Of a stretch of DNA of 64,000 nucleotides, positions 1-10,083 are shown one piece after another. This stretch comes from Bacteroidota bacterium (GTDB lineage: Bacteria; Bacteroidota; Bacteroidia; B-17B0; Aurantibacillaceae). A program made the translations under genes and the position numbers. The notes beneath the pieces are model-generated. The model ran no database searches. It saw only the letters and a program-made list of their open reading frames with translations, and was not told the origin of the DNA. The number at the start of each line of letters is the position of its first letter. The first letter of the stretch is position 1. The stretch is from the NCBI GenBank assembly GCA_043719555.1, contig JAYSTR010000085.1:672-64671 (forward strand), written 5' to 3'.

Positions 1-1
1 C

Positions 2-616
2 CTATTTTTTTGTCAGGAAAAAAAAACATTTAACTTGTTATTTAATGTAGGATTATCACCTGCTCAAATTCATGGTGATTCTTATAGTGGATTTCATAAG
101 CTAGGTATTATAAGTGGGCTAGGAGTGGAAACTAAATTAAATGATAAATTATCGGCTAGCTTATTGTTTTGGTTTATACAAAAGGGTGCGCAAAAAAACC
201 AAGTTCCCTCAAAAAATGATTTTACTGCCTATTATGTTAATTTAAATTATTTAGAAGTACCAGTTTTATTAAGCTATACATCAAAAAAATATTTATTTGA
301 TATAGGATTATCTGCAGCTTATTTAATAAATTATGTTGAAGGAAATCAGAATGGTGATTTTACAGGTATTTATCCTTTTAGAAAATTTGATTATTCGGTA
401 AAAGTTGGATTAGGATATAATATTAATGAAAAGTGGTTTGTGAATTTTAGGAGCAGTAATTCATTTATTACAACACGGCCCAACAAAATTAAGCAAGCCA
501 TATATTATAACAATATCATTGCTCGTACTTTTAATAAAGGCTATTACAATAATATATTAGAAATTACATTAGGTTTTAGACTAAAACCAACGAAAAAAAA
601 TGAGCAAAAAACATAA
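2..616 (+). CDS. Outer-membrane beta-barrel protein (porin-family/PorT-like), 5' end outside window
   Basis: The reading frame is open to the window edge, so the TTG at 35 is probably not the true start. Alternating hydrophobic beta-strand pattern with a terminal aromatic-rich strand (ILEITLGFRL). Confidence 0.5.
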   Translation, partial: LFFCQEKKTFNLLFNVGLSPAQIHGDSYSGFHKLGIISGLGVETKLNDKLSASLLFWFIQKGAQKNQVPSKNDFTAYYVNLNYLEVPVLLSYTSKKYLFDIGLSAAYLINYVEGNQNGDFTGIYPFRKFDYSVKVGLGYNINEKWFVNFRSSNSFITTRPNKIKQAIYYNNIIARTFNKGYYNNILEITLGFRLKPTKKNEQKT

Positions 617-1169
617 AATAGTAGTAGCAATTACTGGTGCTAGTGGTAGCATTTATGCTAAAGTTTTATTAGATAAGTTATCTCAAATAGCTTCTCAAAT
701 AGAAAGCGTTGGAATAGTAATGAGCGATAATGCAAAAGATGTATGGAAGTATGAATTAGGTAATGAAGATTATAAAAATTATTCATTTGCCTTTTTTGAT
801 AAAACTAATTTTTTTGCACCTTTTGCTTCGGGTTCTGCAAAATACGAAACAATGATAATTTGTCCCTGTAGTATGGGAACTATGGCACGTATTGCATCTG
901 GTATAAGCAATGATTTAACAACACGTGCAGCTGACGTTATTTTAAAAGAACGTCGTAAATTGTTATTAGTAGTTCGAGATACGCCTTATAGTTTAATTCA
1001 TATCAATAATATGCAAACTATAACGCAAGCTGGGGGAATTATTTGCCCTGCATCGCCATCATTTTATAGTAAGCCTCAAAGTTTTGAAGATTTAGCAGCT
1101 ACTGTAGTTGATAGAGTGTTAGATTTAGCAGGTTTAGATATATCATCTTTTAGATGGAGTGAAAAATAA
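600..1169 (+). CDS. ubiX: Flavin prenyltransferase UbiX
   Basis: N-terminal KIVVAITGASGSIYA flavoprotein motif and ~189 aa length typical of UbiX/Pad1. Overlaps the upstream ORF by 17 nt. Confidence 0.85.
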   Translation: MSKKHKIVVAITGASGSIYAKVLLDKLSQIASQIESVGIVMSDNAKDVWKYELGNEDYKNYSFAFFDKTNFFAPFASGSAKYETMIICPCSMGTMARIASGISNDLTTRAADVILKERRKLLLVVRDTPYSLIHINNMQTITQAGGIICPASPSFYSKPQSFEDLAATVVDRVLDLAGLDISSFRWSEK

Positions 1170-1175
1170 TTATTT

Positions 1176-2357
1176 ATGACAAAAAAAGAACGCTTTGAAG
1201 GTGTCATTAATTATTTTAAAAGCCATGTTCCTGTTGCTGAAACAGAGTTGCAATATTCTAATCCGTTTGAATTACTTGTAGCCGTTATTTTATCGGCACA
1301 ATGTACTGATGTTCGAATAAACAAAGTTACACCAAAATTATTTAAGGATTTTCCAACGCCAGAAGTAATGGCTGTATCAAACTCGGACGTTATTTTTAAT
1401 TACATACGCAGTGTGAGTTATCCAAATAATAAAGCTAAACACTTGGTAGGTATGGCCAATATGTTAGTAAACGATTTTGAGAGTACAGTACCTAGCGAAA
1501 TAGATAAATTAATTAAATTGCCCGGCGTTGGTCGTAAAACAGCTAATGTTGTTGCCTCAGTAGTTTACGATAAGCCAGCAATGGCCGTTGATACTCATGT
1601 TTTTAGAGTGTCTAATCGATTGGGTTTAACAAAGGCCACTAATCCATTACAAAGTGAAAAACAATTAATTGCCCATATACCCGAACAATATATCGCAACG
1701 GCCCATCATTGGTTAATATTGCATGGGCGCTATACGTGCATGGCGCGTTCTCCAAAATGCGAGAGTTGTCCTTTAACGCAATGGTGTAATTATTTTAAAA
1801 CAAAAGTGAATAAAAAAAATAATCCAATGGCAGAGAAAAAAGTAGTAATTAAAAAAGTGATTGCAAACTCTAATATTAAACAACCATTTATTCCTTATGA
1901 AACTACTTTAAAAGTAGGGGATAAGGCTCCAAATTTTAAAGCTATTAATCAATATGGTGAAGATATTAAACTAACTGATTTTAAAAATAAAAATGTTATT
2001 ATTTATTTTTATCCTAAAGATAATACGCCCGGTTGTACTTTAGAAGCTTGTAGTTTGCGTGATGATTACAACGAATTACATCAAAAAGATTATGTGATAC
2101 TTGGAGTTAGTGCAGATACAGAAATGATGCATAAGAAATTTTCCGATAAGTTTTCGTTACCTTTTTCGTTATTAGCAGATGTTGATATGGCAATTATAAA
2201 AGCCTATGATGTTTGGGGAAGCAAACAATTTATGGGGAAAATTTACGATGGTATTTTGCGCACAACATTTATTATTAATAAAAAGGGAGTTATATCGCAT
2301 GTAATAACTAAAGTGAAATCTAAAGAACATGCTCAACAAATTTTAGACATTATTTAA
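1176..2357 (+). CDS. nth: Endonuclease III (Nth) fused in frame to thiol peroxidase Bcp/PrxQ
   Basis: aa 1-205 carry the HhH-GPD motif LPGVGRKTANVV, VDTHVFRV and the Fe-S cluster motif C-x6-C-x2-C-x5-C (CMARSPKCESCPLTQWC). aa ~245-393 carry LKVGDKAPNF, YFYPKDNTPGCTLEAC (peroxidatic and resolving Cys five residues apart). There is no stop codon between the two halves. Confidence 0.8.
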   Translation: MTKKERFEGVINYFKSHVPVAETELQYSNPFELLVAVILSAQCTDVRINKVTPKLFKDFPTPEVMAVSNSDVIFNYIRSVSYPNNKAKHLVGMANMLVNDFESTVPSEIDKLIKLPGVGRKTANVVASVVYDKPAMAVDTHVFRVSNRLGLTKATNPLQSEKQLIAHIPEQYIATAHHWLILHGRYTCMARSPKCESCPLTQWCNYFKTKVNKKNNPMAEKKVVIKKVIANSNIKQPFIPYETTLKVGDKAPNFKAINQYGEDIKLTDFKNKNVIIYFYPKDNTPGCTLEACSLRDDYNELHQKDYVILGVSADTEMMHKKFSDKFSLPFSLLADVDMAIIKAYDVWGSKQFMGKIYDGILRTTFIINKKGVISHVITKVKSKEHAQQILDII

Positions 2358-2439
2358 TCTTATAATTTTTATAAATATTTTTTTAGATAATCAAATACTA
2401 TTTTTTTTTAAAATAAAATCATCCCATATAAAAATTGGA

Positions 2440-5289
2440 TTGATTTTTTTTTATTTGGTCATATTTAAAAATGTATCGGCTCAGCATCCAGCTTATTTTA
2501 TTCTTGGAGAAAATCAGTTTAGAGGTATTCAAATTTATGATGTCATTCAAGATAAAGCTTTAAATTATTGGTTTGCAACAAACGATGGCATTTATTATTT
2601 TGATTATCATACCTACGAAAAAATAGAATGTGATAAAGATAAAAGTAATTCTGTTTTTAATTTTGTCAAAAATAATGATGGAACAATCTATTGTCATAAT
2701 TTAAATAATCAAGTTTTTGAAATTAAAAATAAAACCTGCAATTTATTTTACGAACTAATGAAAGAAGAATCTAGCTCTGATATTAGTTTAGCTATTTCAG
2801 ATGATGGTGATTTAGTTGTAGGTGCAAGAAAAATAATTGTGCTAAATAATAATGGAATTGTTGTTAGTAAATTTAATTTTAGTAATTGTTATTTAGGGCA
2901 AGCTTTTACCGATAAGGATAAAAAACTGCATTATCACTTTGGTAGTATGGATTCTGTTTTAGTGTACTCTCATAAAACTTTTTCTAAACATAAATTAAAT
3001 TTATCTAACGATAGATTACAATCAAATGCTGTTTTAAAATTCTTTAAAATTAATAATCAAAATTATGCATTAGATCTTTTTAATAAAGTATTATATAAAT
3101 ACCAGCCATACACATTTGAATTAGAATCTTTACCGAACAATAATTTGTTTGGTAGAAGTGGATCTGTAAGGATTTATGAAGTAGGAAATGATATTTGGGT
3201 AGCTGGCACTTTACCTGGTGTTTTTTATATAAAGGATAATTTAGTTGAAAATAATTATGGGATTAATTATAATGACTATTTTATATCCGATATTTTTAAG
3301 GATACAGAAGGTAATATTTTACTTAGCACTTTTGATAAAGGAGTGATCGTTGTTCCTGATTTAAAGACACCAGATGTAATTAATACTTTTCATAATGATC
3401 CAATAGTATCATTGTATTCTGATAATAAATTAGGTTTATTACTTGGCTCATCAAAAGGAAAATTGATGAATTTTAATAATAAAAAAATAGTTGATATCAA
3501 TACAAATGGTAAAAGACCTATTGAAGCAATTTATGGTTCATTAAACTCAAATTTAATTTTATTTGATGATGGGTATATAAGAGGGTACAATAAATTAACA
3601 GGTGATATATATAATATTGCGCTTGGCTCGTTGAAAGATGCTGTATTTTTTTCTGATCGTGATTTTTATTTAGGTACTAATCTCGGAATTCTAAAATGTC
3701 ATTGGGAAAACGGAAATAATTTTATAATTGAGAGTATACCGAACTTAAATTATCGGATGTATGACTTAGAGTATAATTCTAATAGTAAATGTTTATACGC
3801 ATCTACTTCCAATGGAATGTACATTATTGATTCTATTGGTAGAAGCAGAAAAATTGAATACTTAGGTGAAAGTATTTATCCGACAAGTCTTAGTTTTAAT
3901 GATGATAAAATTTATGCTTGTGATAAAAAAAATGGCATTTTAGTAATTAATCAAAATAAAGTAACCTCTGTTATTAAACCTATTGTATTTGAAAAACAAT
4001 TGGTTTTAAATAAAATTATAATTCATAATAATAGCATTATCGCTAATTCATCTAATGGTTTTTATCAATTTGATTTAAACGGTAAAGTATTAAAATCATT
4101 ACATACTGTATTTGGATTCAATTCAAAACGAGTAATAGATTTTACATTTCACCAAAATAACCTTTGGATTAGCCATTCTGAAGGTGTACAACAAATTCAT
4201 TTAAATTCAAATCAATTTAATGGATCTAAACAAACTATTCGAATTAATAAAATTATTGTAAACGATATAGAAAATACTCATTTAGAAAAAAACAATTTTA
4301 ATAGTGAACAAAGAAAAATACAATTTAGTTTAACATTTCCAACCATAAGAAATAGAGAAACAATACGCTATCATTATAAGTTAGTAGGTTATGATTCGAA
4401 TTGGAATATTAATACCGAAGATGCAAATCAAATAATTTATAACTCATTAGCTTCTGGTAGTTACACGTTTCAAGTTAAAGCTGAAAATCAAGGTGTGTTT
4501 AGTGATGTTGCTTCTTATTCATTTAGTATAGATTATCCATTTTATTTTAGATGGTGGTTTATTTTAATAGTAATTGTCTTATTTATTGCCGTAGTATTTT
4601 TTATTTATCGTTGGCGTTTATCTATTCAACAAAAAAAAATGCAACAAATTAATGAATTGAACGCTTCTAAATTAACGGCTATTCAATCTCAAATGAACCC
4701 TCATTTTATTTTTAATTCACTAAATTCTATTCAGGATTTAGTATTAAAGGGCGATGTAGAAAACTCCTATTCATACATTACTACATTTTCGAATTTAGTG
4801 AGGCGAACGTTGAGTTATTCAGAAAAAGACTTTATTGATTTTGAACAAGAAATAAAATTATTGGAAATTTATCTATCATTAGAAAAATTACGTTTCAAAA
4901 AAGATTTTGAATATGAAATAGTATACAATGATGTGGATGATATTATGCTTCCTCCCTTATTGATACAACCATTTATTGAAAATTCGTTATTACATGGATT
5001 GTTGCATAAAGAAGGTGAAAAACGATTAAAAATATCGTTTAGTTTAAAAGATGTTTTAATATGTGTGATTGAAGATAATGGTGTGGGGCGCGAAAAATCA
5101 AAAGCGATTAAATTACGTCAAAAAAGCGAACACGAATCTTTTTCAGGAAAAGCAATTCACAAACGTTTCGAAATTTTAAGTGATGTTTTTGAAGGAAATT
5201 TTGGTTACGTGTATGAGGATTTATATAACAATGATGAAGCGATTGGCACCAAAGTTACGTTGTCTATTCCTGTAAAACATAAGTTTTAA
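2440..5289 (+). CDS. Sensor histidine kinase, LytS/YehU type, with periplasmic beta-propeller and Y_Y_Y region
   Basis: Y_Y_Y-like YHYKLVGYDSNWN is followed by a TM helix (WWFILIVIVLFIAVVFFIY), the His_kinase box NPHFIFNSLNSIQ and a HATPase region (IEDNGVGRE). The start codon is uncertain; TTG is the only in-frame candidate. Confidence 0.8.
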   Translation: MIFFYLVIFKNVSAQHPAYFILGENQFRGIQIYDVIQDKALNYWFATNDGIYYFDYHTYEKIECDKDKSNSVFNFVKNNDGTIYCHNLNNQVFEIKNKTCNLFYELMKEESSSDISLAISDDGDLVVGARKIIVLNNNGIVVSKFNFSNCYLGQAFTDKDKKLHYHFGSMDSVLVYSHKTFSKHKLNLSNDRLQSNAVLKFFKINNQNYALDLFNKVLYKYQPYTFELESLPNNNLFGRSGSVRIYEVGNDIWVAGTLPGVFYIKDNLVENNYGINYNDYFISDIFKDTEGNILLSTFDKGVIVVPDLKTPDVINTFHNDPIVSLYSDNKLGLLLGSSKGKLMNFNNKKIVDINTNGKRPIEAIYGSLNSNLILFDDGYIRGYNKLTGDIYNIALGSLKDAVFFSDRDFYLGTNLGILKCHWENGNNFIIESIPNLNYRMYDLEYNSNSKCLYASTSNGMYIIDSIGRSRKIEYLGESIYPTSLSFNDDKIYACDKKNGILVINQNKVTSVIKPIVFEKQLVLNKIIIHNNSIIANSSNGFYQFDLNGKVLKSLHTVFGFNSKRVIDFTFHQNNLWISHSEGVQQIHLNSNQFNGSKQTIRINKIIVNDIENTHLEKNNFNSEQRKIQFSLTFPTIRNRETIRYHYKLVGYDSNWNINTEDANQIIYNSLASGSYTFQVKAENQGVFSDVASYSFSIDYPFYFRWWFILIVIVLFIAVVFFIYRWRLSIQQKKMQQINELNASKLTAIQSQMNPHFIFNSLNSIQDLVLKGDVENSYSYITTFSNLVRRTLSYSEKDFIDFEQEIKLLEIYLSLEKLRFKKDFEYEIVYNDVDDIMLPPLLIQPFIENSLLHGLLHKEGEKRLKISFSLKDVLICVIEDNGVGREKSKAIKLRQKSEHESFSGKAIHKRFEILSDVFEGNFGYVYEDLYNNDEAIGTKVTLSIPVKHKF

Positions 5290-5357
5290 TCCATTGCTAA
5301 ATAAAATGAGATGATTACTGAATTTATTTCTTTAGTTTATAAAAAGGAATCTTAAGT

Positions 5358-6110
5358 TTGTATGAAGTGAATAAAATTAAAGCCATATTAGTTGATGATG
5401 AAGAAGGCGCAAGAGATGTGCTTGAAAATTTGTTGCTTCGTTTTTGTCCAGAAGTTGAACTGCTAGCGAAGTGTATTAACTTAAAAGAGGCTGTAGAAAA
5501 AATTAATATCTTAAAACCAAATTTGGTTTTTTTAGATATAGAAATGCCAAACTATGCTGGTTACGAAATTGTAAATTTTTTTGATAAAATCGATTTCGAT
5601 ATTGTGTTCGTTACAGCATACGATCAATATGCCATTAGAGCATTCGAAATTGCAGCCATCGATTATTTATTAAAACCTATAGATATAGAACGTTTGAAAA
5701 AAGCTATTGGTAGGGTAGTGGTAAATGAAAATATAGAGCAACAAGCCGATAGACTTTCATTATTGAGTAGTTCATTGGAAGGTAAACAATTGAAAAATAT
5801 TATCGTTAGCGATAAAGGACAGCAAAATGTCGTTGCTATTGAAAATATTATAGCCATTGAAGCTCAAGAATCGTATTGCGTAATTTACACAATTGATAAA
5901 AAATTTACCGTAAGTAAAAATCTAAAGCATTTTGAAACTATTTTAGATACACTGCCACAATTTTTCAGAGCACATAAATCTTGGTTAATTAATAGTAAAC
6001 ATATCCAACATTACTCAAAATCGGAATTAACGATACAATTGTCTAATGGTATAATTACCAAGCTTTCTAAGTATAAAAAAGCGGAGTTCGAAGAGTTAAT
6101 TATTTCTTAA
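5358..6110 (+). CDS. LytTR-family two-component response regulator
   Basis: The receiver domain has ILVDDE, FLDIEMP and a conserved K in LLKP. The C-terminal LytTR DNA-binding domain has FFRAHKSWLIN. The start could also be the GTG at 5367. Confidence 0.85.
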   Translation: MYEVNKIKAILVDDEEGARDVLENLLLRFCPEVELLAKCINLKEAVEKINILKPNLVFLDIEMPNYAGYEIVNFFDKIDFDIVFVTAYDQYAIRAFEIAAIDYLLKPIDIERLKKAIGRVVVNENIEQQADRLSLLSSSLEGKQLKNIIVSDKGQQNVVAIENIIAIEAQESYCVIYTIDKKFTVSKNLKHFETILDTLPQFFRAHKSWLINSKHIQHYSKSELTIQLSNGIITKLSKYKKAEFEELIIS

Positions 6111-6211
6111 TAAATCCATTAACAAAGTAAATTGTCCGTTCCTGAACTATAATTAATCTTTGTAGGTTTTAGTTCTATGTTTGTTTTTAATTAATTTAAA
6201 AACAAACCACT

Positions 6212-9200
6212 ATGAGAAACTTTTTATTTACCCTATTAACGCTATTTATTGTTACAAAAGCTACTAGTCAATGCACAGTTGCTACCAATTCTTATTCATC
6301 TAATTTTGATAGTAATACAAACAATTTACTACCCACTTGTTGGACAACTCCATACACAAATGGTGGCTCAGAAGTAGGTGTAAATATTAATGGACAAGGT
6401 GTAGGTGGCTCTGTAGGTTATATCTATCTTAGTAATTCCGTTGGAGGGTCTCGTCATTTTGTTATGCCGAAAGTTACAAATGCTAACGGGATATTAAGTT
6501 TAACTGCTAAAAGAGCTATATCAGGAAATACAACTCCTATGGAAATTGGTATTATGACGGATCCAAATAACGTTGCCACATTTAGTGTTATGGCATCTTA
6601 TAATCTACCTCTCGCTTATACTACTTATAATGTTAATTTAGCTAACTACACAGGTACTGGACAATACATAGCTGTTAAATCATATTTTAGTAATACCGGC
6701 ACTGTTGCTTGGATTGACAACGTTAGTTATAATGCCTTTTCAGGATCAGGGCCTGTAATTTATGTTGATAAAGACGCTATTGGATTAAATAATGGTACTA
6801 GTTGGACGGATGCTTATACTGACTTAAATAATGCACTAACAAACTCAACATTTAATGTTGGGCAAGAAATGTGGATTGCAGATGGAACATACAAACCACA
6901 TGCTATAGATAGAAATATTGCTTTTACATTACCTCATAATGCGAAAATATATGGTGGTTTTTCAGGAACAGAAACCTTAAAATCACAAAGAAATCCGTCT
7001 CTATATCCTGTTATTTTAAGTGGAGATTTAAGTGGAAATGACAATGCTGTTTTAGACCCAACCGAAGCAACGCGTCAAGATAATTCATATCATATTTTTA
7101 GTCTTGTTGGAGAAAAAAGAGATATCATCGTGGATGGTGTTACTTTAAGTGGAGCTAATGCCAATGGAACAGGAAATGAAAATACGGCAAGTGTAATTTT
7201 AATGACACATATAGCGGCAAATAATTTAATATCAGTTGATTTTTCTGATGTAATTATCGAAAATAATACGGCTACAAATGCAGCTATTTTTCAAGCTATA
7301 CAATTTGCTACTCAAGGTTCAACTTCAATTTTAAATCTTTCGAAATGTACTGTTAGAAATAATAAAGGAAACAGTGTTTTAGGCAATATGTTATACGTTG
7401 GACATAGAACTTACAATCAAAAAACTTACGGAACAATTTTAAATTCATTGTTTTACAAAAACACATGTGCTAGTGGAACATCATCAGTAATATATAATAA
7501 AGTAAATGGTGGTTCTGGTGTAGTTACTCCAATTTACGTTAGAAACTGTACATTCTCTAATAATTCATCAACTACTGGTAATGTTGTTTATCTTAACAGC
7601 TCTACTGATAGTAAATTTTCAAACAATATATTTTATGGTAATGGAAATACTACACCAGTTGGTTGGGTTAATTCCGGTGTAATAGCATCAGTTTTTAATA
7701 ATTGTATTTCTGAAGATCCAGCATTTGGTTTAAACCAAAATCCTTTATTTAAGGATGCAGCAAATAATGATTATCATTTCGATTGCTCAGGGAATTCGCC
7801 TGCAATTAATGCAGGAAACTCAACTGGAATATCAGTATTGGAAAAAGATTTTGATGGTAATTCCAGATTAGTAGGTACAGTTGATATTGGCGCTTTGGAA
7901 TATAGAAATAGAATTTCTACATCAGCTTCTAATATTTCTGTCTGCCTTGGAAACAATATATCTCTGACTGCAAATTATGGAACTGGGATAAGTTGGTCAA
8001 GTGGCATTACTGATGGTGTTCCTTTTACTCCAACTATTTCACAAAACTATACTGTAACTGGAATAAATGAAAATGGATGTGCAGATCAGGCCGTTTCTGT
8101 AATTACAGTAAAGTCCCCCACATTTTCAATTAATAGTGGTTCGATATGTTTAGGTAAATCTTTTACAATTACACCAACAGGAGCAACTTCATATACTATT
8201 GAAGGAAATACAGCTATAAAAACGCCTACCACAACTACAACTTACACTGTTTTAACAGAATATAGTTCAACTCGTTATGCAATTAATTTTGATGGAACCA
8301 ATGATTATTTATCTGCCGCAATTTCTCCTTCATTTAACTATAATTTAGGGTATAGTTATGAAGCATGGGTAAAATTAGACATTGCGGGTGCAGGTGCATC
8401 AAGAGCAATTTTCTTTACAGGAACAAGTGCTTCAAGTAATATCGAAATCTACACTCAATCTGGGTCAAATTATTTAGTAGTAGTTCATAATAGAGGTATA
8501 GTTGGTTTTACATCAAGTGGGCAGACCTTTCCTATACCTCCAATTAACACATGGTTTCATTTAGCGGTAACTTATGATGGAAGTGCAATTAAAGTATATT
8601 ATGATGGTGTACTAAAAACGCCAAACTCAACAATAGCTGGTTCTCCTTTACAAAAATCAATAGGAGCCGAGTTAAGTATTGGATATATGAAAAGTATGAT
8701 TGGAAACCCAGGATTTGGCTTTTCAACACTAAAAGGTAAAACGGAAGAAGTTAGAGTCTGGAACAATGTAAGAACTCAGTCTGAGATTTTAGCAAATAAA
8801 AATAATTGTGTTCCTATAACTTCAACAGGTCTAGTTAATTATTATCCCTTTTTAGGTGGAAGTGGTGTAAATTCAGTAGATGAAGTGTCGGGTAATAACT
8901 TAACTTTAAATAATATGAATTCGAGTAATTGGGAGGCAGCTACAAATGTTAGTTGTTCAAATGTGTGTGCGATTAATTCAATTTTATCATCTTCAATTAC
9001 AGTAAATCAATTACCGAACATTGGTATAGTTTCAAATAATACTTTGCTTTGTGTTGGCGAAACCACTAGTTTAACTGCAAACGGAGCAACAAGTTATACT
9101 TGGAATACAGCCTCTTCAAATACGATTATTTCTATTTCGCCAACAGTAACAACTTCATATAGTGTTATAGGAACGGATGATAATGGATGTAAAAACACTT

Positions 9201-9475
9201 CAACTATAACACAAAGTGTATCTATTTGTACCGATATTCAACAGATTGAAAAAGTAACTACTGAATTTAATATTTTCCCAAACCCAGCTACATCTTTAAT
9301 AACAATACAATCGAATGAAGTGATAGAAACAATTACAGTATTTAATGTTGCTGGATGTAAAGTTAAATCCGAAACAAAAACAATATTTTCTGTAGATGAA
9401 CTTTCTTCGGGGATGTATTTCTTGCAAATCTCTACTAAAAATGGAATGGTTACAAAACGATTTATAAAAGAATAA
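6212..9475 (+). CDS. Secreted multidomain T9SS cargo protein (beta-helix region, Ig-like repeats, LamG/concanavalin-like domain, T9SS C-terminal sorting domain)
   Basis: Signal peptide is followed by the LamG-type YAINFDGTNDYL...WFHLAVTYDG...EEVRVWN. There are repeated Cys-containing Ig-like modules (CLG...LTA.GA.SY.W). The C-terminal tail FNIFPNPATSLITIQ...GMYFLQISTKNGMVTKRFIKE is typical of type A T9SS sorting domains. Confidence 0.75.
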   Translation: MRNFLFTLLTLFIVTKATSQCTVATNSYSSNFDSNTNNLLPTCWTTPYTNGGSEVGVNINGQGVGGSVGYIYLSNSVGGSRHFVMPKVTNANGILSLTAKRAISGNTTPMEIGIMTDPNNVATFSVMASYNLPLAYTTYNVNLANYTGTGQYIAVKSYFSNTGTVAWIDNVSYNAFSGSGPVIYVDKDAIGLNNGTSWTDAYTDLNNALTNSTFNVGQEMWIADGTYKPHAIDRNIAFTLPHNAKIYGGFSGTETLKSQRNPSLYPVILSGDLSGNDNAVLDPTEATRQDNSYHIFSLVGEKRDIIVDGVTLSGANANGTGNENTASVILMTHIAANNLISVDFSDVIIENNTATNAAIFQAIQFATQGSTSILNLSKCTVRNNKGNSVLGNMLYVGHRTYNQKTYGTILNSLFYKNTCASGTSSVIYNKVNGGSGVVTPIYVRNCTFSNNSSTTGNVVYLNSSTDSKFSNNIFYGNGNTTPVGWVNSGVIASVFNNCISEDPAFGLNQNPLFKDAANNDYHFDCSGNSPAINAGNSTGISVLEKDFDGNSRLVGTVDIGALEYRNRISTSASNISVCLGNNISLTANYGTGISWSSGITDGVPFTPTISQNYTVTGINENGCADQAVSVITVKSPTFSINSGSICLGKSFTITPTGATSYTIEGNTAIKTPTTTTTYTVLTEYSSTRYAINFDGTNDYLSAAISPSFNYNLGYSYEAWVKLDIAGAGASRAIFFTGTSASSNIEIYTQSGSNYLVVVHNRGIVGFTSSGQTFPIPPINTWFHLAVTYDGSAIKVYYDGVLKTPNSTIAGSPLQKSIGAELSIGYMKSMIGNPGFGFSTLKGKTEEVRVWNNVRTQSEILANKNNCVPITSTGLVNYYPFLGGSGVNSVDEVSGNNLTLNNMNSSNWEAATNVSCSNVCAINSILSSSITVNQLPNIGIVSNNTLLCVGETTSLTANGATSYTWNTASSNTIISISPTVTTSYSVIGTDDNGCKNTSTITQSVSICTDIQQIEKVTTEFNIFPNPATSLITIQSNEVIETITVFNVAGCKVKSETKTIFSVDELSSGMYFLQISTKNGMVTKRFIKE

Positions 9476-9492
9476 TTTAGTCTGTTATAATT

Positions 9493-9529
9493 AAACAAAA
9501 ACCCATCAAACTGATGGGTTTTTTGTTTT
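9493..9529. terminator. Bidirectional rho-independent terminator between convergent genes
   Basis: Hairpin aaaaacccatc / gatgggttttt flanked by A and T runs. Confidence 0.6.
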
Positions 9530-9553
9530 ACGAAAAATAGGGTTTAAATCAAA

Positions 9554-10075
9554 TTAGCGCAACAATTCCCATAATACAATACCAACACAAACCGATACAT
9601 TTAACGAATGTTTAGACCCGAACTGTGGTATTTCTAAAATAGCATTGCTACTATTAATAATATCTTGTTCTACCCCATAAACTTCATTACCAACAACTAC
9701 TGCTAAAGGCATATTTGGTTTTGTAAATTTGTTAAGCATTACTGAGTTTTTTGTTTGCTCAACAGAGGCAATAAAATAATTTTGTTGTTTTAATTCTGCA
9801 ATGGCTTCTGCTGTTGTTTTAAAGTATTTCCAATTAACAGTTTCGGTTGCTCCTAAGGCAGTTTTTTCAATATCCTTATTTGGTGGAGTTCCTGTAACAC
9901 CACATAAATAAATGGCTTCAATCAAAAAAGCATCTGAAGTTCTAAAGGCCGACCCAACATTATTTAAACTTCTAATATTATCTAAAACTAAAATGATATT
10001 GTTTTTTTTAGTCGCTTTAAATTCATCTGAACTTAAACGCCCTAAATCATTCATACTTAATTTTTGATTTTCCAT
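9554..10075 (-). CDS. TrmH/SpoU-family RNA 2'-O-methyltransferase
   Basis: SpoU motifs NVGSAFRT, VVGNEVYGV and IPQFGSKHSLNVSV. Confidence 0.75.
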   Translation of the reverse strand: MENQKLSMNDLGRLSSDEFKATKKNNIILVLDNIRSLNNVGSAFRTSDAFLIEAIYLCGVTGTPPNKDIEKTALGATETVNWKYFKTTAEAIAELKQQNYFIASVEQTKNSVMLNKFTKPNMPLAVVVGNEVYGVEQDIINSSNAILEIPQFGSKHSLNVSVCVGIVLWELLR

Positions 10076-10083
10076 TACAATAC

